The position numbers and the translations under genes are program-made. Positions 37,024 through 50,730 of a stretch of 64,000 nt of DNA are shown one piece after another. Each line of letters opens with the position of its first letter. Positions within the stretch are counted from its first letter, which is position 1. The stretch lies in contig NC_042999.1 of the NCBI RefSeq assembly GCF_006345805.1, positions 43,524,001-43,588,000 of the forward strand, read 5' to 3'. Under the pieces are notes generated by a model that worked only from the letters and a program-made list of their open reading frames with translations, made no database searches and was not told the origin of the DNA. Source of the stretch: Octopus sinensis. Taxonomy: Eukaryota.

Positions 37024-37570
37024 TTGAGTGAGAGAGCAGTGCATGCCATCAAAGTGAAATATACGAAGCCCAGTATACCCATCATAACTGCCTGTCTGAT
37101 AAGGGTACACCAGGCACATGCATCACAACCATATGTGGTTGACATGGTGACTTCATATCAAGATAAACAGCGTATGACCTTGCAGGTGGAGCCCAGTTAG
37201 AATCTTCTTCTAGTCAAATAGCCCATCCTGCTCAAAAGGTCCCTGAATAAGGGTTATTTAAGGATGTTGAATGAAACACTCATGTTTCCAGAGGCGAATT
37301 ATTCAAACCCCAAAGAATCCCTCTCAACACATGGCTATGATGCCCCCCCTCCGCTACTTCTGCACATGAACAGAGATGCACATATCATCAGCCACTAAGG
37401 GGCATGCTCAACTGATTAAGGTCAAGCAACTGACAAGCAAATCTGTGGTACTGAGCAGAATATTTGCTATAATGATATTTATACCAAGACAAAACAATGT
37501 ACATGATAACACTTCCAATCAGTTAAGATCAAAAGCCACCAGAGCCACTGCCTGGTACTGTATCAAGGCA
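37024..37570. mobile_element. About 550-bp non-coding element inserted in (ATT)n
   Basis: Inverted copy at 46735-47222 and partial at 61390-61560; both full copies flanked by (TAA)n. Confidence 0.75.
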
Positions 37571-37589
37571 TTTATTATTATTATTATTA

Positions 37590-37662
<73 letters not shown>

Positions 37663-38061
37663 TATTCTTATTATTATTATCATTATAAAAGAGTGAGCTG
37701 GCAAAATTGTTACCACACAGGATAAATGCTCAGCAGTCTTTGTTCTGGCTTTATGTTCTGAGTTCAAATTCTGCCAAGGTCGATTTTGCTTTTCATTGTT
37801 GCAGGATCTATAAAATAATTATCACTTGAGCACTGGGGTTGATGTAATTGACTTACCTCCTTCCACTTTTCTATGATTTGATGCCCTTCTTTTTGCCAGC
37901 CTTCATCTGCTTCCAAGTATGGTTCCCCATGACCAGTTATGAAGCCTTTATTATTGTTATCAGCTCCAGGGAACTTTCCCGCCAAGGCCTGCGGATTATT
38001 TCCAGAAATTCCTGACCTGGCTAGGCTACCAGGATATACTATTAGTTCGAAATACTCTACA

Positions 38062-38450
38062 GACGCAGGAGTGGCTGTGTGGTAAGTAGCTTGCTAACCA
38101 ACCACATGGTTGCAGGTTCAGTCCCACTGCGTGGCATCTTGGGCAAGTGTCTTCTGCTATAGCCCCGGGCCGACCAATGCCTTGTGAGTGGATTTGGTAG
38201 ATGGAAATTGGAAGAAGCCTGTCGTATAGATGTATATATATATATGTGTGTCTGTGTTTGTCCCCCTAGCTTTGCTTGACAACCGATACTGGTGTGTTTA
38301 CGTCCCTGTCACTTAGCGGTTTGGCAAAAGAGACCAATAGAATAAGTACTGGGCTTACAAAGGATAAGTCCCAGGGTCGATTTGCTCGACTAAAGGCGGT
38401 ACTCCAGCATGGCCGCAGTCAAATGACTGAAACAAGTAAAAGAGTAAAGA
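38062..38450 (+). mobile_element. SINE family A
   Basis: Full match. Confidence 0.9.
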
Positions 38451-38454
38451 GAGA

Positions 38455-38830
38455 CACAAAAGTGCTGTCAGCTGTCCTATCTGAGAAGTTCACAAGCAAC
38501 AAAACTACTTTGCATGTATTTATCCAATGCCTGAATATTGCTGACTTGTGGAGTTGTGTCAAACAGCTGCTGTCACATAAAAGGATGGATCTGGCTATCA
38601 ACTGATTCCATTGTAAAGTTCATCCCACTTCCTTCCTTTGGCCAAGAAGAACAGCCAGTCTTTATCTGTTTGATGACTTGGGCGAAAGTGGTTGTGAAGT
38701 GAACCTTTTGAAAAAAAAAAGGCTGATGACAGACACTTTCCTCTTTGGCCAAACCCTCCTGAGCTTTTTCAAATTTCACTTGAAAAGGGAAATGAGGATG
38801 CAGAGGAAAGTGTTGCCTCCCAGCAAATTC
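38455..38830 (+). mobile_element. Tx1/L1-like ORF2 3' fragment, degenerate
   Basis: TFLFGQTLLSFFKFHLKREMR; homologues at 49205-49640, 51660-51775 and 60590-60960 on minus; clade assignment is inference. Confidence 0.55.
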
Positions 38831-38835
38831 ATTAA

Positions 38836-39054
38836 CCCTTTAGTGTTCAGATTATTCAATCAAATATAATGCCTATTGATTCCCATTGATTTGAATTAAT
38901 CATGCATTATCTCATATCTTCAAGATCTTGATGGTGCAATTACTTAATGTAGAATAACATTGTAGGGTAGGTGTGAGAGCCTGGATCTGGTCAGTTTGAA
39001 CATAAAACAGATTAGTTATTTTGGCCGGATATGGCCAGTTTAAATACTAAAGGG
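38836..39054. mobile_element. piggyBac-like MITE
   Basis: TTAA|CCCTTTAGT...ACTAAAGGG|TTAA; diverged copy at about 47465-47690. Confidence 0.8.
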
Positions 39055-39239
39055 TTAAGGAGGGCACTTGCCTCAGTGGTCAGAATAATCATGGTTTTTG
39101 TGAGTACTCCTTGTGAGTACTCCTTGTGATGAATTTTTCTATAATTACTTTTGCTATTTTTTGCATTTTCCTCTTGCATGCCATTTATGCAATCCCACAG
39201 TATATTGTCATCTACCATTCTCATCTTTTTTGTCAAGCC

Positions 39240-39548
39240 TATCATCATCATCGTTTAACGTCCGTTTTCCATGCTAGCATGGGTTGGACGGTTCAACTGG
39301 GGTCTGGGAAGCCAGAAGGCTGCGCCAGGCCCAGTCTGATCTGGCAATGTTTCTACGGCTGGATGCCCTTCCTAATGCCAACCACTCCGTGAGTGTAGTG
39401 GGTGCTTTTTACGTGCCATCTGCACGGGGGCCAGGCAAGGCTGGCAACGGCCACAATCGGATGGTGCTTTTTACATGCCACCAGCACAGAGGCCAGTCAG
39501 GGCGGCACTGGCAACAGCCACGTTCAGATGGTTCTCTTACGTGCCAAG
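39240..39548 (-). mobile_element. RTE LINE 3'-end fragment with 2-3 minisatellite units
   Basis: (CAT)n tail and 3' UTR match. Confidence 0.85.
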
Positions 39549-39569
39549 CATTGTTATTATTATTATTAT

Positions 39570-40087
39570 TTTTTTATTCTTTCTTTCTTCAAATTTTCTT
39601 CCGTTTCTCGATGAGTGTTTTCCGTACACCTAGGGCAGAGAAGCTCATTGTATTCATTCCCAGATTACACATGCAAATTCACAGGTAAAATATGCATTTA
39701 AAAAATTAGTAAATAAATAAATTCATGAATGGATGTTGTTTTCACAACGATAATGCTCTTCTCAGTACATAAGTCATTCCAGTTAACACAATTTTTTGCA
39801 CTTCCTGTAGGGATGGTAAACCTGGTATCATTTTCAAATAAGTTTCAGTATCTTTTTTTATCATTCCTAGAGATCCTACAATCACTGGTACTGTAATCGC
39901 CTTGAGATGCCACATTTTTCAATTTCTATTAGCAAGTCTTTATATTTACTGATCTTGTCAAATTCTTTCGCCGCATTATTGTGATTGCAAGGAATACTCA
40001 TAAGGTGCCCAGTTTAGCAGCCACAGAACCAACTTGCTAAATTACTATTTTGTTATAGTCTTGTTGAAGTATGCTGTCTTCTTTTCA

Positions 40088-40145
<58 letters not shown>

Positions 40146-40661
40146 TTTTTATTCTTTCTTTCTTCAAATTTTCTTCCGTTTCTCGATGAGTGTTTTCCGT
40201 ACACCTAGGGCAGAGAAGCTCATTGTATTCATTCCCAGATTACACATGCAAATTCACAGGTAAAATATGCATTTAAAAAATTTGTAAATAAATAAATTCA
40301 TGAATGGATGTTGTTTTCACAACGATAATGCTCTTCTCAGTACATAAGTCATTCCAGTTAACACAATTTTTTGCACTTCCTGTAGGGATGGTAAACCTGG
40401 TATCATTTTCAAATAAGTTTCAGTATCTTTTTTTATCATTCCTAGAGATCCTACAATCACTGGTACTGTAATCGCCTTGAGATGCCACATTTTTCAATTT
40501 CTATTAGCAAGTCTTTATATTTACTGATCTGTCAAATTCTTTCGCCGCATTATTGTGATTGCAAGGAATACTCATAAGGTGCCCAGTTTAGCAGCCACAG
40601 AACCAACTTGCTAAATTACTATTTTGTTATAGTCTTGTTGAAGTATGCTGTCTTCTTTTCA

Positions 40662-40662
<1 letters not shown>
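39570..40662 (-). mobile_element. Two tandem near-identical R4/Dong-like 3' fragments
   Basis: KISKYKDL...VPVIVGSLG...QKIVLTG...RRAL; units 39570-40088 and 40145-40662 separated by (ATT)n. Confidence 0.85.
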
Positions 40663-40702
<40 letters not shown>

Positions 40703-40727
40703 TATTATTATTATTATTGTGAAGGCG

Positions 40728-40780
<53 letters not shown>

Positions 40781-40806
40781 TATTATTATTATTATTATCA
40801 TTATCT

Positions 40807-41125
40807 GTGAAGGTGCATTGCTCAGTGGTTAGAGCCTCGAGCTTATGACCGTGAGGTTGTGAGTTCGAATCCCAGACCGGGCTGCGTGTTGTGTTCTTGA
40901 GCAAGACACTTTATTTCACATTACTCCAGTTCACTCAGCTGTAGAAATGAGTTGCAATGTTACTGGTGCCAAGCTGTATCGGCCCCTTTGCCTTTCCCTT
41001 GGATAACATCGGTGATGTGGAGAGGGGAGGCTGGTATGCGTGGGCGGCTGCTGGTCTTCTATAAACAACCTTGCCCAGACTTGTGCCTGGGAGGGTAACT
41101 TTCTAGGTACAATCCCATGGTCATT
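40807..41125 (+). mobile_element. SINE family D
   Basis: GCTCAGTGGTTAGAG A-box-like and GTTCGAATCCC B-box; matches 28170-28515. Confidence 0.85.
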
Positions 41126-41260
41126 TAATCCTTTAGTAGAAAGGACTATTATTGTTATTAAGGTGGTGAGCTGGCAGAATCATTAGCACGTTGGACAAAA
41201 TGATTTGTGGCGTTTTGTCTGTCTTTATGTTCTGAGTTCAAATTCTGCCAAGGTTAGTTT

Positions 41261-41875
41261 TGCCTTTCATCCTTTTGGGGGTTGATAAAAGAAATACCAG
41301 TTAACTACTGGAGTCAATGTAATCAACTAGCTCCCCACCCCCAACAAAATTTCAGACCTTGTACCTATAATAGAAAGAATTATTATCATCCTCATCATTA
41401 TTAATGCTGTTGTTAAGGCATTGAGCTGGTAGAATCATTAGCCCTTTACTGCCCTTGTGGGCAGTAAAGAAATAAGAATCGTTAGCATGCCAGGTGAAAT
41501 ACTTAGCAGTATTTCGACTGTCACTACATTCTGAGTTCAAGTTCTGCTGAGGTCAACTTTGCCTTTCATCCTTTTGGGGGTTGATAAAAGAATACCAGTT
41601 AACTACTGGAGTCAATGTAATCAACTAGCTCCCCACCCCCAACAAAATTTCAGACCTTGTACCTATAATAGAAAGAATTATTATCATCCTCATCATTATT
41701 AATGCTGTTGTTAAGGCATTGAGCTGGTAGAATCATTAGCCCTTTACTGCCCTTGTGGGCAGTAAAGAAATAAGAATCGTTAGCATGCCAGGTGAAATAC
41801 TTAGCAGTATTTCGACTGTCACTACATTCTGAGTTCAAGTTCTGCTGAGGTCAACTTTGCCTTTCATCCTTTTGG
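41261..41875 (+). repeat. 298-bp tandem duplication of nested SINE-B fragments
   Basis: Near-identical units; identical ORFs 41352-41540 and 41650-41838. Confidence 0.9.
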
Positions 41876-42470
41876 GGTCGATTAAATAAGTACCAGTTAC
41901 ATACTGGGGTTGATGTAAGCGACTAAATCCCTTCCCCTAAATTCAAGGCCTTGTGCTTCCAGTACAAAAGATTATTATTCTTGTTGTTGTTTTTGTTAGT
42001 AGTATTAGTATTATTTATCGTCATTTTTATTTATTCTCTCTCATTCACAGCCTGTTTATATAGTGACACTCAACTTTTATTATTTTCCAGACAGACTGAA
42101 GCTACTTACAATAGTAATAAAAAAAAAAAAACCACTACACACACACAGAGAAAAAAATCCTCCCACAAAAGCACAAAAACTCACATAAACAAAAAAAGAA
42201 ACAGCAACAACAACATCAGAATCGCCAAATAAACATCCAGTTGGAGTCGGCATTTACATACAAACAATGACTTGTCTCATCAAAAGACATCATTTATTGA
42301 TCTCTCTCTCTCTCTTTCATGCTCTCTCTGTCTTTCTCGCTTTCATGCTTTCTCTGTCTTTCTCTCTGTCAACATATTTCAGCAGCATTATACAACAACA
42401 ACAACAACAACAACTACTACAATTATAATAATAATAATAATAATAAATAATAATAATAATAATAATAATA

Positions 42471-42507
<37 letters not shown>

Positions 42508-42608
42508 TATAATGATAATAATAATGATGATGATGGTGATGATGATGATGATAATAATAATGATAATAATAATAATAATAATAATAGTAATAATGAGAAT
42601 GATGATGA

Positions 42609-42649
<41 letters not shown>

Positions 42650-42871
42650 AGGTACAGTGCAGTTGAATACAAAACCACACAAAACAGGTTTTCTGGCTGT
42701 AAACAGTAAAAACTAATGCATAGAATAAAAAAAAGAAATTAAAAAACCCCATCAAAAGCTTGTTTTTGTTGTTGTTTTTGTTGTGGACTTTTCTGGTGGT
42801 AGTTAAATATACCATACTTACAACCTGCAACATTTGCCTAACCAATTCGACTTTCATGTGTCTTTTCATTC

Positions 42872-42932
<61 letters not shown>

Positions 42933-43018
42933 GTTTCTGCAGGGGTGGGTGGGGTGTTAGAGTGCGGTTGAGGATGTGTGGTGTGAAAGGGAATCATGTG
43001 GAGAATGAATGTTTGTGA

Positions 43019-43061
<43 letters not shown>

Positions 43062-43231
43062 ACACGCTCACATGCATACAGAGGCATATGCAAAGAGATA
43101 CATCTGCAGACACATGAACACATGCACACATATACATATGTATAGGTGGTGAGTGTATTAATGTTGTTTATGCTCTCTTTTTCTTTCTTTCTCTCTCTGT
43201 CTCACTGTCTCTCTCTTGCTTTCTCTCTCTG

Positions 43232-43264
<33 letters not shown>

Positions 43265-44380
43265 GTATCTATTTATACATAAATACACACACTTACATAC
43301 ACACATTACATGTGTGTGAATGTAGCATAGCCACAACTGACAGCCTAGAATATATAAAAGATCTAACACACACACACACACTCACTGACACATGTATACA
43401 CGCAATTGCATACACATGCTGACATGAATATATATATATGCATGTACATGCATACATATACATACATCAAACTATTTCCTTTTATTTTGCTGCATAAAAC
43501 GGATGAAAATGACACCAGAAAAAAAAAGAAAGTAGAAAAAAAACACACAAAAAAAAAAAACAAAAGGAAAAGATGGTAAAAAGGATAAAAATCTGAAATG
43601 AAAGAAAAAGAAAAAGAAAAAAGAAAAGATATAGAAAAGGCAATTAAAGCTAATAATAATGAAACCATGTTAAAGAAAAAAAACCACATACAAAAGAACA
43701 AATAAAACTAAAGAGAAATATTTTAAAGAAAGAAAATAATACAGAGAGAGAGAGAAAGAGAGAGAGTCTTGCTTTGAGATCTCTCTTGTTCTGTGTGTAT
43801 GTGTATGTGTGTGTGTGTGTGTGTGTGTTTATATATATTTATATTAGTGAGTGTGCCTTTATGTTTATATATATGTATATTTATATTAGTGTGACTAGTG
43901 TACATATCAATATTGTATAGGACTAATGAATGAAGTGAAAAGCTCATTGTTTTTGTATCAGGTGTTTACAGAGAAGAAACTTGTAGAAGGGTCTGAGGAA
44001 TTCATCGATTGATGTAATGTGTTTCAGGTTAAACAATGGAAGTTACATGTTAACAACAACAACAACAACAACAACAACAGCAATAATAATAATAACAATA
44101 ATAGCAACAACAATAATAATATTAATCACAATGATTGTGGTCTCTTTTATTTAACAATGGTTTCTGATTTAGAGGTACAAGGATAGCAATTTTGAAGGGA
44201 ATGGGTTAGACAATACCATTGACCCAAGTATTTGACTGGTACTATGTTTTTATTGATCCTGAAAGGATGAAAGGCAAAGTCAACCTTGGCAGAATCTGGA
44301 CTCAGAACATAAAACCCGGAATAAATGCCTTCTAAGCAGTTTGTCCAGCATGGTAACAATTCTGCCTTTGTGGTTCTTTT

Positions 44381-45008
44381 GGATCTTTACCTTTTGACCT
44401 ACAGATTTCAAAAATAATTTTTTGTAACTAAACACTTTCTAACTTCGGACACTGATAGAATGTGTCATATAAAACATGTTTTACTCTTAGCATTTTTGAA
44501 AAAAAACTTATATTTTCGAAGATATTTCATCTTAAAGTTCTCGTATTTTGGTAATTTCAACCAATCAATGATGTGTATTTAGCTGAATAAAATTACTGCC
44601 GTTGTTTGTCAACAAAAAGTATCAGCGGTGTATCTTTCGTTTGTCACTGTTATTTATGACATCGTTTGTGTGTTTGTACTGGTTTTAAGGTTAGGGTTTT
44701 AGGATGGTTAGGGTTTTACGGTTAGGGTTGTCATAAATAACAATGACAAACAAAATATACACCGCTGGAAGTTCTTGTTGACAAACAACAGCAGTAATTT
44801 TATTCAGCTGAATACACGTCATTGATTGGTTGAAATTACCAAAATACGAGAACTTTAAGGTGAAATATCTTCGTAAATATAAGTTTTTCTCAAAAATGCT
44901 AAGATTAAAACATGTCTTATATGATACATTCTACCAGTGTCCAAAGTTTGAAAGTGTTTAGTTACAAAACATTATTTTTTAAATCTGTTGGTCAAAAGGT
45001 AAAGATCT
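44381..45008. mobile_element. Merlin-like foldback MITE (about 280-bp arms)
   Basis: Arms 44381-44661 and 44729-45008; TSD GTTCTTT(T/C); TTAGGG-like loop. Confidence 0.85.
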
Positions 45009-45902
45009 GTTCTTTCTACTATTATCACAAGGCCTGAAGATTTGGGAGGTAAGGGCTTGTTAATTATATGCATCTTTTCTGTTTGGATGACATTTTTCAG
45101 TTTCTGTTCCAATTGATTTTATATTTAATGATGTAGTTTTGTATGCTAATCATTGACATGAAATTCATTTTCACATTAACCAATAATAAGCTAATAGCTT
45201 TTAAAGTTTGCAAATTTTGGGTAATTTTAGCCAATAATAAGTCACAGACATATTCATGCCTATTCCCATAATAACAAACCAAATATGAGAACTCTTTTGT
45301 CTGTGAGAAAGACCTTGTGTTGAGAAATATATTCTATGTGAAACCAAGTATATCGATGCTGTGTTCTGCTACTTGAGCTCATCTGTCACTTGTACCCTGG
45401 TTGTGAGATGAGCTGAAAATAACAGCTAAATAAGCCTTAAATCACACCCCACCCAAATTTTGTGTTTTAGTTTTTGTATAATTGTAGAAATTCCTATGTG
45501 TAGAATACACATTCGCAAAATTCTTCAGAAAATTCCAGAAAAAATAAAAAAGTAATGAAGGATTGATTATATGGGGTGCTTAAAGCAGAATTTGATTATT
45601 TTACAGCTTCATATTAAAACACATACTATTTTTGCAATGTTGGCAACTCATGCAGTCACATACAAAATGACAACTTCCAAATCCTGTTTTCTGACTGGGT
45701 AAAAATGATCAAACTTTAAACCTCTATAACTTTTTATAGTATAGGCACAAAGCCTGAAACTTTGGAGGAGGGAGATACTTGATTTCATTGAATCCAGTGC
45801 TAAACTGGTACTTATTTTATCGACCCTAAACAGATGAAAGGCAATGTTGATGTCCACAGTATTTGAACTCAGGGTTTAACAAGGTGGTGCAACAACAGCA
45901 GT

Positions 45903-46096
45903 GGAGGCGCAATGGCCCAGTGGTTAGGGCAGCGGACTCGCGGTTGTAAGAACGTGGTTTCGATTCCCAGACCGGGCATTATATGTGTTTATTGAGCAAA
46001 AACACCTAAGCTCCACGAGGCTTCGGCAGGGGAGGGGTGGTGAACCCTGCTGTACTCTTTCAACACAACTTTCTCTCACACTTTCTTCCTACTTCT
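45903..46096 (+). mobile_element. SINE family C 5' part
   Basis: GGCGCAATGGCCCAGTGGTTAGGGCAGCGG head. Confidence 0.85.
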
Positions 46097-46465
46097 GCCA
46101 CAAAGCAGAGGAGCCATGGTGTAACCCACTATGGTGTGGTAAACTTTCAGACCCTAGTCTAGATTACGAATCCTCTGTACCCCAGGATGGTTCAGCTCTC
46201 CACCCGTTAAAAAGCCACCGTTTACGGAATGAGGATAACAACGTAGCTTTCGCACCCGTGCAACCGCCAGTCTATCGCATGTGGTGGGTGGATCTTCAAA
46301 TTGCCACACGCATTCTTAGTAGCTTAGAGTAGGCTCGAATTATTCTTTGTGGCTAATGGCATGAGTCCTGATAAGGAGGAGGAGGAGGAGGAGGAGGAGG
46401 AGGAAGAAGAAGAAGAAGAAGAAGAAGAAGAAGAAGAAGAAGAAGAAGAAGAAGAAGAAGAAGAC
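46097..46465 (+). mobile_element. Short RTE-like non-autonomous derivative with (GAG)n(AAG)n tail
   Basis: CCACCCGTTAAAAAG...TTTACGGAA resembles RTE 5' UTR motifs; simple-repeat tail; no ORF. Confidence 0.4.
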
Positions 46466-46697
46466 GACAACAACAGCAATAATAACAATTCTTTCTACTA
46501 TAGGCACATGAACTGAACTGTCATGCAAAGAGGGTGTGTTGATTACAACAGCCTCACTGCCCACTGGTTAGTTTATCAACCCTGCAAGGATGAAAGCAAA
46601 GTCAAACGAGAGGGCTAGCTGATTTCATCAACCCCCAGTGCTAAGACAAAAGGCAAAATTGACCACAGCAGTAAACTTAACAAGCTGATACAACAAC

Positions 46698-46733
<36 letters not shown>

Positions 46734-46734
46734 T

Positions 46735-47221
46735 GCCCTGATACAGTGGCTCTCATGGCTTCTAATCTTAAATGATTGGAAGTGTTATCATGCACATTGT
46801 TTTGTCAGTTGTTTGACCTTAAGCAGTTGACCATGTTCCTTAGTGGCTGATGATATGTGCATCTCTGATCATGAGCAGAAGTAGTGGTGGGGGAGAGCAT
46901 CATAGCCGTGTGTTGAAAGGAATTCTTAGAGGTTTGGATAATTCACTTTTGGAAACCTGGGTGGTTCATTCAACATTCTCAAGCAATCCTTATTCAGGGA
47001 CCTTTTGAGCAGGATGGGGTACTCGACCAGAAGAAAATTCTAACTGGGCCCCACCTGCAAGGTCATGCACTGTTTATCTTGATATGAGATCACCATGTCG
47101 CGCACATATGGTTGTGATGCATGTGCCTGGTGTACCCTTATCAGATGGGTAGTCATGATGGGTATACTGGGCTTCGTATATTTTACCTCAGTGTCACTTT
47201 GATGGCATGCACTGCTCTCTC

Positions 47222-47222
<1 letters not shown>
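46735..47222. mobile_element. Second copy of the (TAA)n-inserted element
   Basis: Reverse complement of 37024-37570. Confidence 0.75.
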
Positions 47223-47252
<30 letters not shown>

Positions 47253-47809
47253 TAATAATAATAATAACAATTCTTTCCACTATAGGTACACAGCTTGAAA
47301 TGTTGTGCAAAGAGATTTAGTCAATTACAACAACCCCAGTGCTCCACTGGTACTTAGTTTATTGACCCCCAAAAGGATGACAGCAAAGTCATTTTGGTGT
47401 CATTTGAACTCAGAATGTAAAGCTGAAAGAAATGCCACTAAGAATTTTGTCCAGCATGCTAACAACTCATATGGCATTTAAACCAGCCATATCTGGCCAA
47501 AATAATTTACCTGTATTATCTTCAAAGTGGCCAGATCCAGCCTCTCACACTTATCCCACAATATTATTCTAAAAGCAAACAATCACATCATTGAAATCTC
47601 AAAGCTATGAGGTAATGCGTGACTCATTCATATCAATGTGAATAAATAAGCATTATATTTGATGGAGAAATCTGAATGCTAAAGTGTTAAATAATTGTTT
47701 CTAATTTTGGCACAAGGCCAGCAATTTTGATGGGAGTGGGTGAATTGGTATTTGGCTTGTACTTTATTTCATCAACTCCAAAAGGATGAAAACAGAGTCA
47801 ACATTTCTT

Positions 47810-48055
47810 ATTTCTTATTTCTTATTTCTTTATTGCCCACAAGGGGCTAAACATAGAGGAGACAAACAAGGACAGACAAATGGATTAAGTCGATTACATC
47901 AACCCCAGTGCATAACTGGTACTTAATTTATCGACCCCGAAAGGATGAAAGGCTAAGTCAGCCTTGAAGGAATTTGAACTCAGAACATAAAGACAGACAA
48001 AATACCGTTAAGCATTTCACCCAGCGTGCTAACATTTCTGCCAGCTCTATGCCTT
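47810..48055 (-). mobile_element. SINE family B nested in an older SINE-B
   Basis: (TTCTTAT)n tail; flanking TCAACATT direct repeats. Confidence 0.8.
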
Positions 48056-48525
48056 TTCAACATTGGCAAGATTTGAACTTAGAATATAAGGAGTTAGAAA
48101 ATTAAAATTATAATAGTAATTGTTTCTTACATAAGCACAAGCCCCTAATTTTAGGATTGAGAACAACTGAAATTTATTGACTCCAGTATTTGACCATTAC
48201 TTTATTTTATCAATCCCGGAGAGATGAAAGACTAAATTGGACTCTGTATTCTATCAACATTTTTCTTTTCATCCTTTTAACATCCACTTTTTCATGATTG
48301 TATGGGTTTGATGGTGTCTATTGAAGCAGATTTTCTATAGCTGGATACTCTTCCTGTTGCCAACCTTCACCTGTTTCCAAGCAAGGTAATATTTTCATCA
48401 TGGCTAAACATGTTCATATAGAATATTAGAATTGAATGATACTGCATGCAAAGAACAAGAAAAAATACAACTGAACATTTTATTGAGAGCACCAATAATT
48501 CTGCTAGCTTGCTACCTTGATAATG

Positions 48526-48586
<61 letters not shown>

Positions 48587-48858
48587 TGATCATGATCATG
48601 ATATTTTTTATTGGTCACAAAGGCCCAAAAAGACATTGGGAATAATATCATAGGATGAAATACAATACAGAAAAGGTAGGATTTACATTGATCAAAACAG
48701 AAATAACAATAACGATAAAACAAATAATAATATAATAATAATAATAATAATATAATAATAATAATAATAATATTTATATTGTTTCTTTTGATTACATAAT
48801 CAGGTGGAAAGTTGATAAAAAAATGATAATCAAAACAAAAAATATATAGTAGTAGTAA

Positions 48859-48903
<45 letters not shown>

Positions 48904-50195
48904 CAGCAGTAGTAGTAACAGCAGCAGCAGCAGTGGCGGCATCCATTTCTTTTGTTTGCTACAAGGGTAGCAGATCAGGAAACATTACAAGCACATATTG
49001 CAAAAATGGATGGGGTTTATAAACAAAACACATAAATACAAAGAAAATATAAAACCCAGATGATAATTGTATCAATTACTATTTCTTTACTAGTGACAAG
49101 GGTTGAAGATGTTGGGGATAGTACAAGAAAATGGGATACAAAAATGTGGTTGTTTACATCATGTAAGGATAACAAATAACCAGTGACAATATAATTAACA
49201 AAAGGGATAAGGTTTCCATGGAGGGAAGAGTTTCCTAGAATCAGTCAAGGGACTCTCCAGATCCAAGCTTATCCTGACAACAAAAGGCAAATATATTTCT
49301 CCTGCTAGCATTATCTGGGTCACTGGGGTCATACCACTGTCACCCACTTTTCTGCAAATTCACTGGAGAGCAGTACCTTCTCTATCCTCTGTTTTTCACT
49401 AAGTGGAACTTGAAGAAGTCAATGAGGATTTAACTGAAGGGGAAGATGTTTGTTCTTCGTCCTTTCACTTACATCCACCATACAACTGCTTCTGCCATAG
49501 CCACTAGACAGAGGAAAATGTCACTGACCAGCAGCTAGTATTGACTCTGTAGATGCTAAGCTGTAAGCTCACAGATTTGTTCAGATTAAATTTTTTCTCC
49601 TGTCACTGCCTCACACTTCTTAATTCTTTTGATAGTAGCCCATTCAAGACTGCCCTTGGTTCTATGATACAGACTTCTTGTTTTAAAATGATTTACAAAC
49701 TTCTTGATCTAAATTAAAACCTTCTATGAAAAGTTCTGGTTAATTTATAATCCAAACTCCAGCTTAATAATGGCAGTTATTTTATCAAATTCTTCCTTAT
49801 TTTCAAAATTAATTGAAACAAGGTCGGTGTGTTTCAACAGAAATATGGTAACAAAAGAATTAAAATAATGCCAACTATCTTGATCTCCATGCTGACTAAC
49901 CCTATTACTATAACTTCATTTACATATGCTGACATGGCCTGCTTTTGTTCAAGTTCCAACAGGGCATTCATTTAGTAACTTTGGTTTCCATAGTTATGAT
50001 TTGAGAGTCAATATATTCAGTAAAGATGAGGGAAGACAACCTTGATGAACCATGCATGTAAATTCTTCCAATAAGTGCTCATTTAATCTGCTGAGTCTGA
50101 CTGTACATCAAAGTGATCCATCCTCTGAAAATGGAACCAAAATCAGCTGTAATGACGACAGCTACCATAGTGATGTTTAACTTTATTGGCCTGTT

Positions 50196-50460
50196 TTGCC
50201 AAGCTGCTTAGTTAGAGGGATGTAAACAAACCAACATCAGGTCTGTGTGTGTGTTTGTGTGTCTGTCTTTGTCCCCCCCAACATCGCTTGACAACCGATG
50301 CTGGTATGTTTATGTCCCCGTTACTTAGCGGTTTGGCAAAAGAGACTGATAGAATAAGTACTAGGCTTACAAAGAATAAGACCTGGGGTCGATTTGCTCG
50401 ACTAAAAGGTGGTGCTCCAGCATGGCCGCAGTCCAATGACTGAAACAAGTAAAAAAGAGA
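50196..50460 (+). mobile_element. SINE family A 3' half
   Basis: Body and tail match. Confidence 0.8.
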
Positions 50461-50503
50461 AAGAGATAGTGAAAACACAATATGAAACTACTAAATGATG
50501 ATG

Positions 50504-50550
<47 letters not shown>

Positions 50551-50552
<2 letters not shown>

Positions 50553-50730
50553 AGAGCCCTGGGAACAGTGAGCAAAAATCTCGAGAAGTATGTGAAACAA
50601 ATAGGGGCTGCAATAAGGGTGGAGCACTTGCAGAAAACAGCACTGCTTGGAACTGCTCGAATACTCCGGAAGGTGCTCGAAAAAATAAGGTGTTACCTTA
50701 GTTCACTGGTAGTTAGAAGCTGCGCAAAGG
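50551..50730 (+). mobile_element. R4/Dong-like LINE 3' fragment in (TAA)n
   Basis: ALGTVSKNL...LQKTALLGTARILRKVLE*; (AAT)n on both sides. Confidence 0.85.

Noticed and set aside
45373-45413. AGCTCATC/GATGAGCT hairpin as a possible pre-miRNA
   Set aside because: The stem is too short and does not extend basally
40807-46000. tRNA-like sequences with A/B boxes
   Set aside because: They are SINE heads without a full cloverleaf or acceptor end
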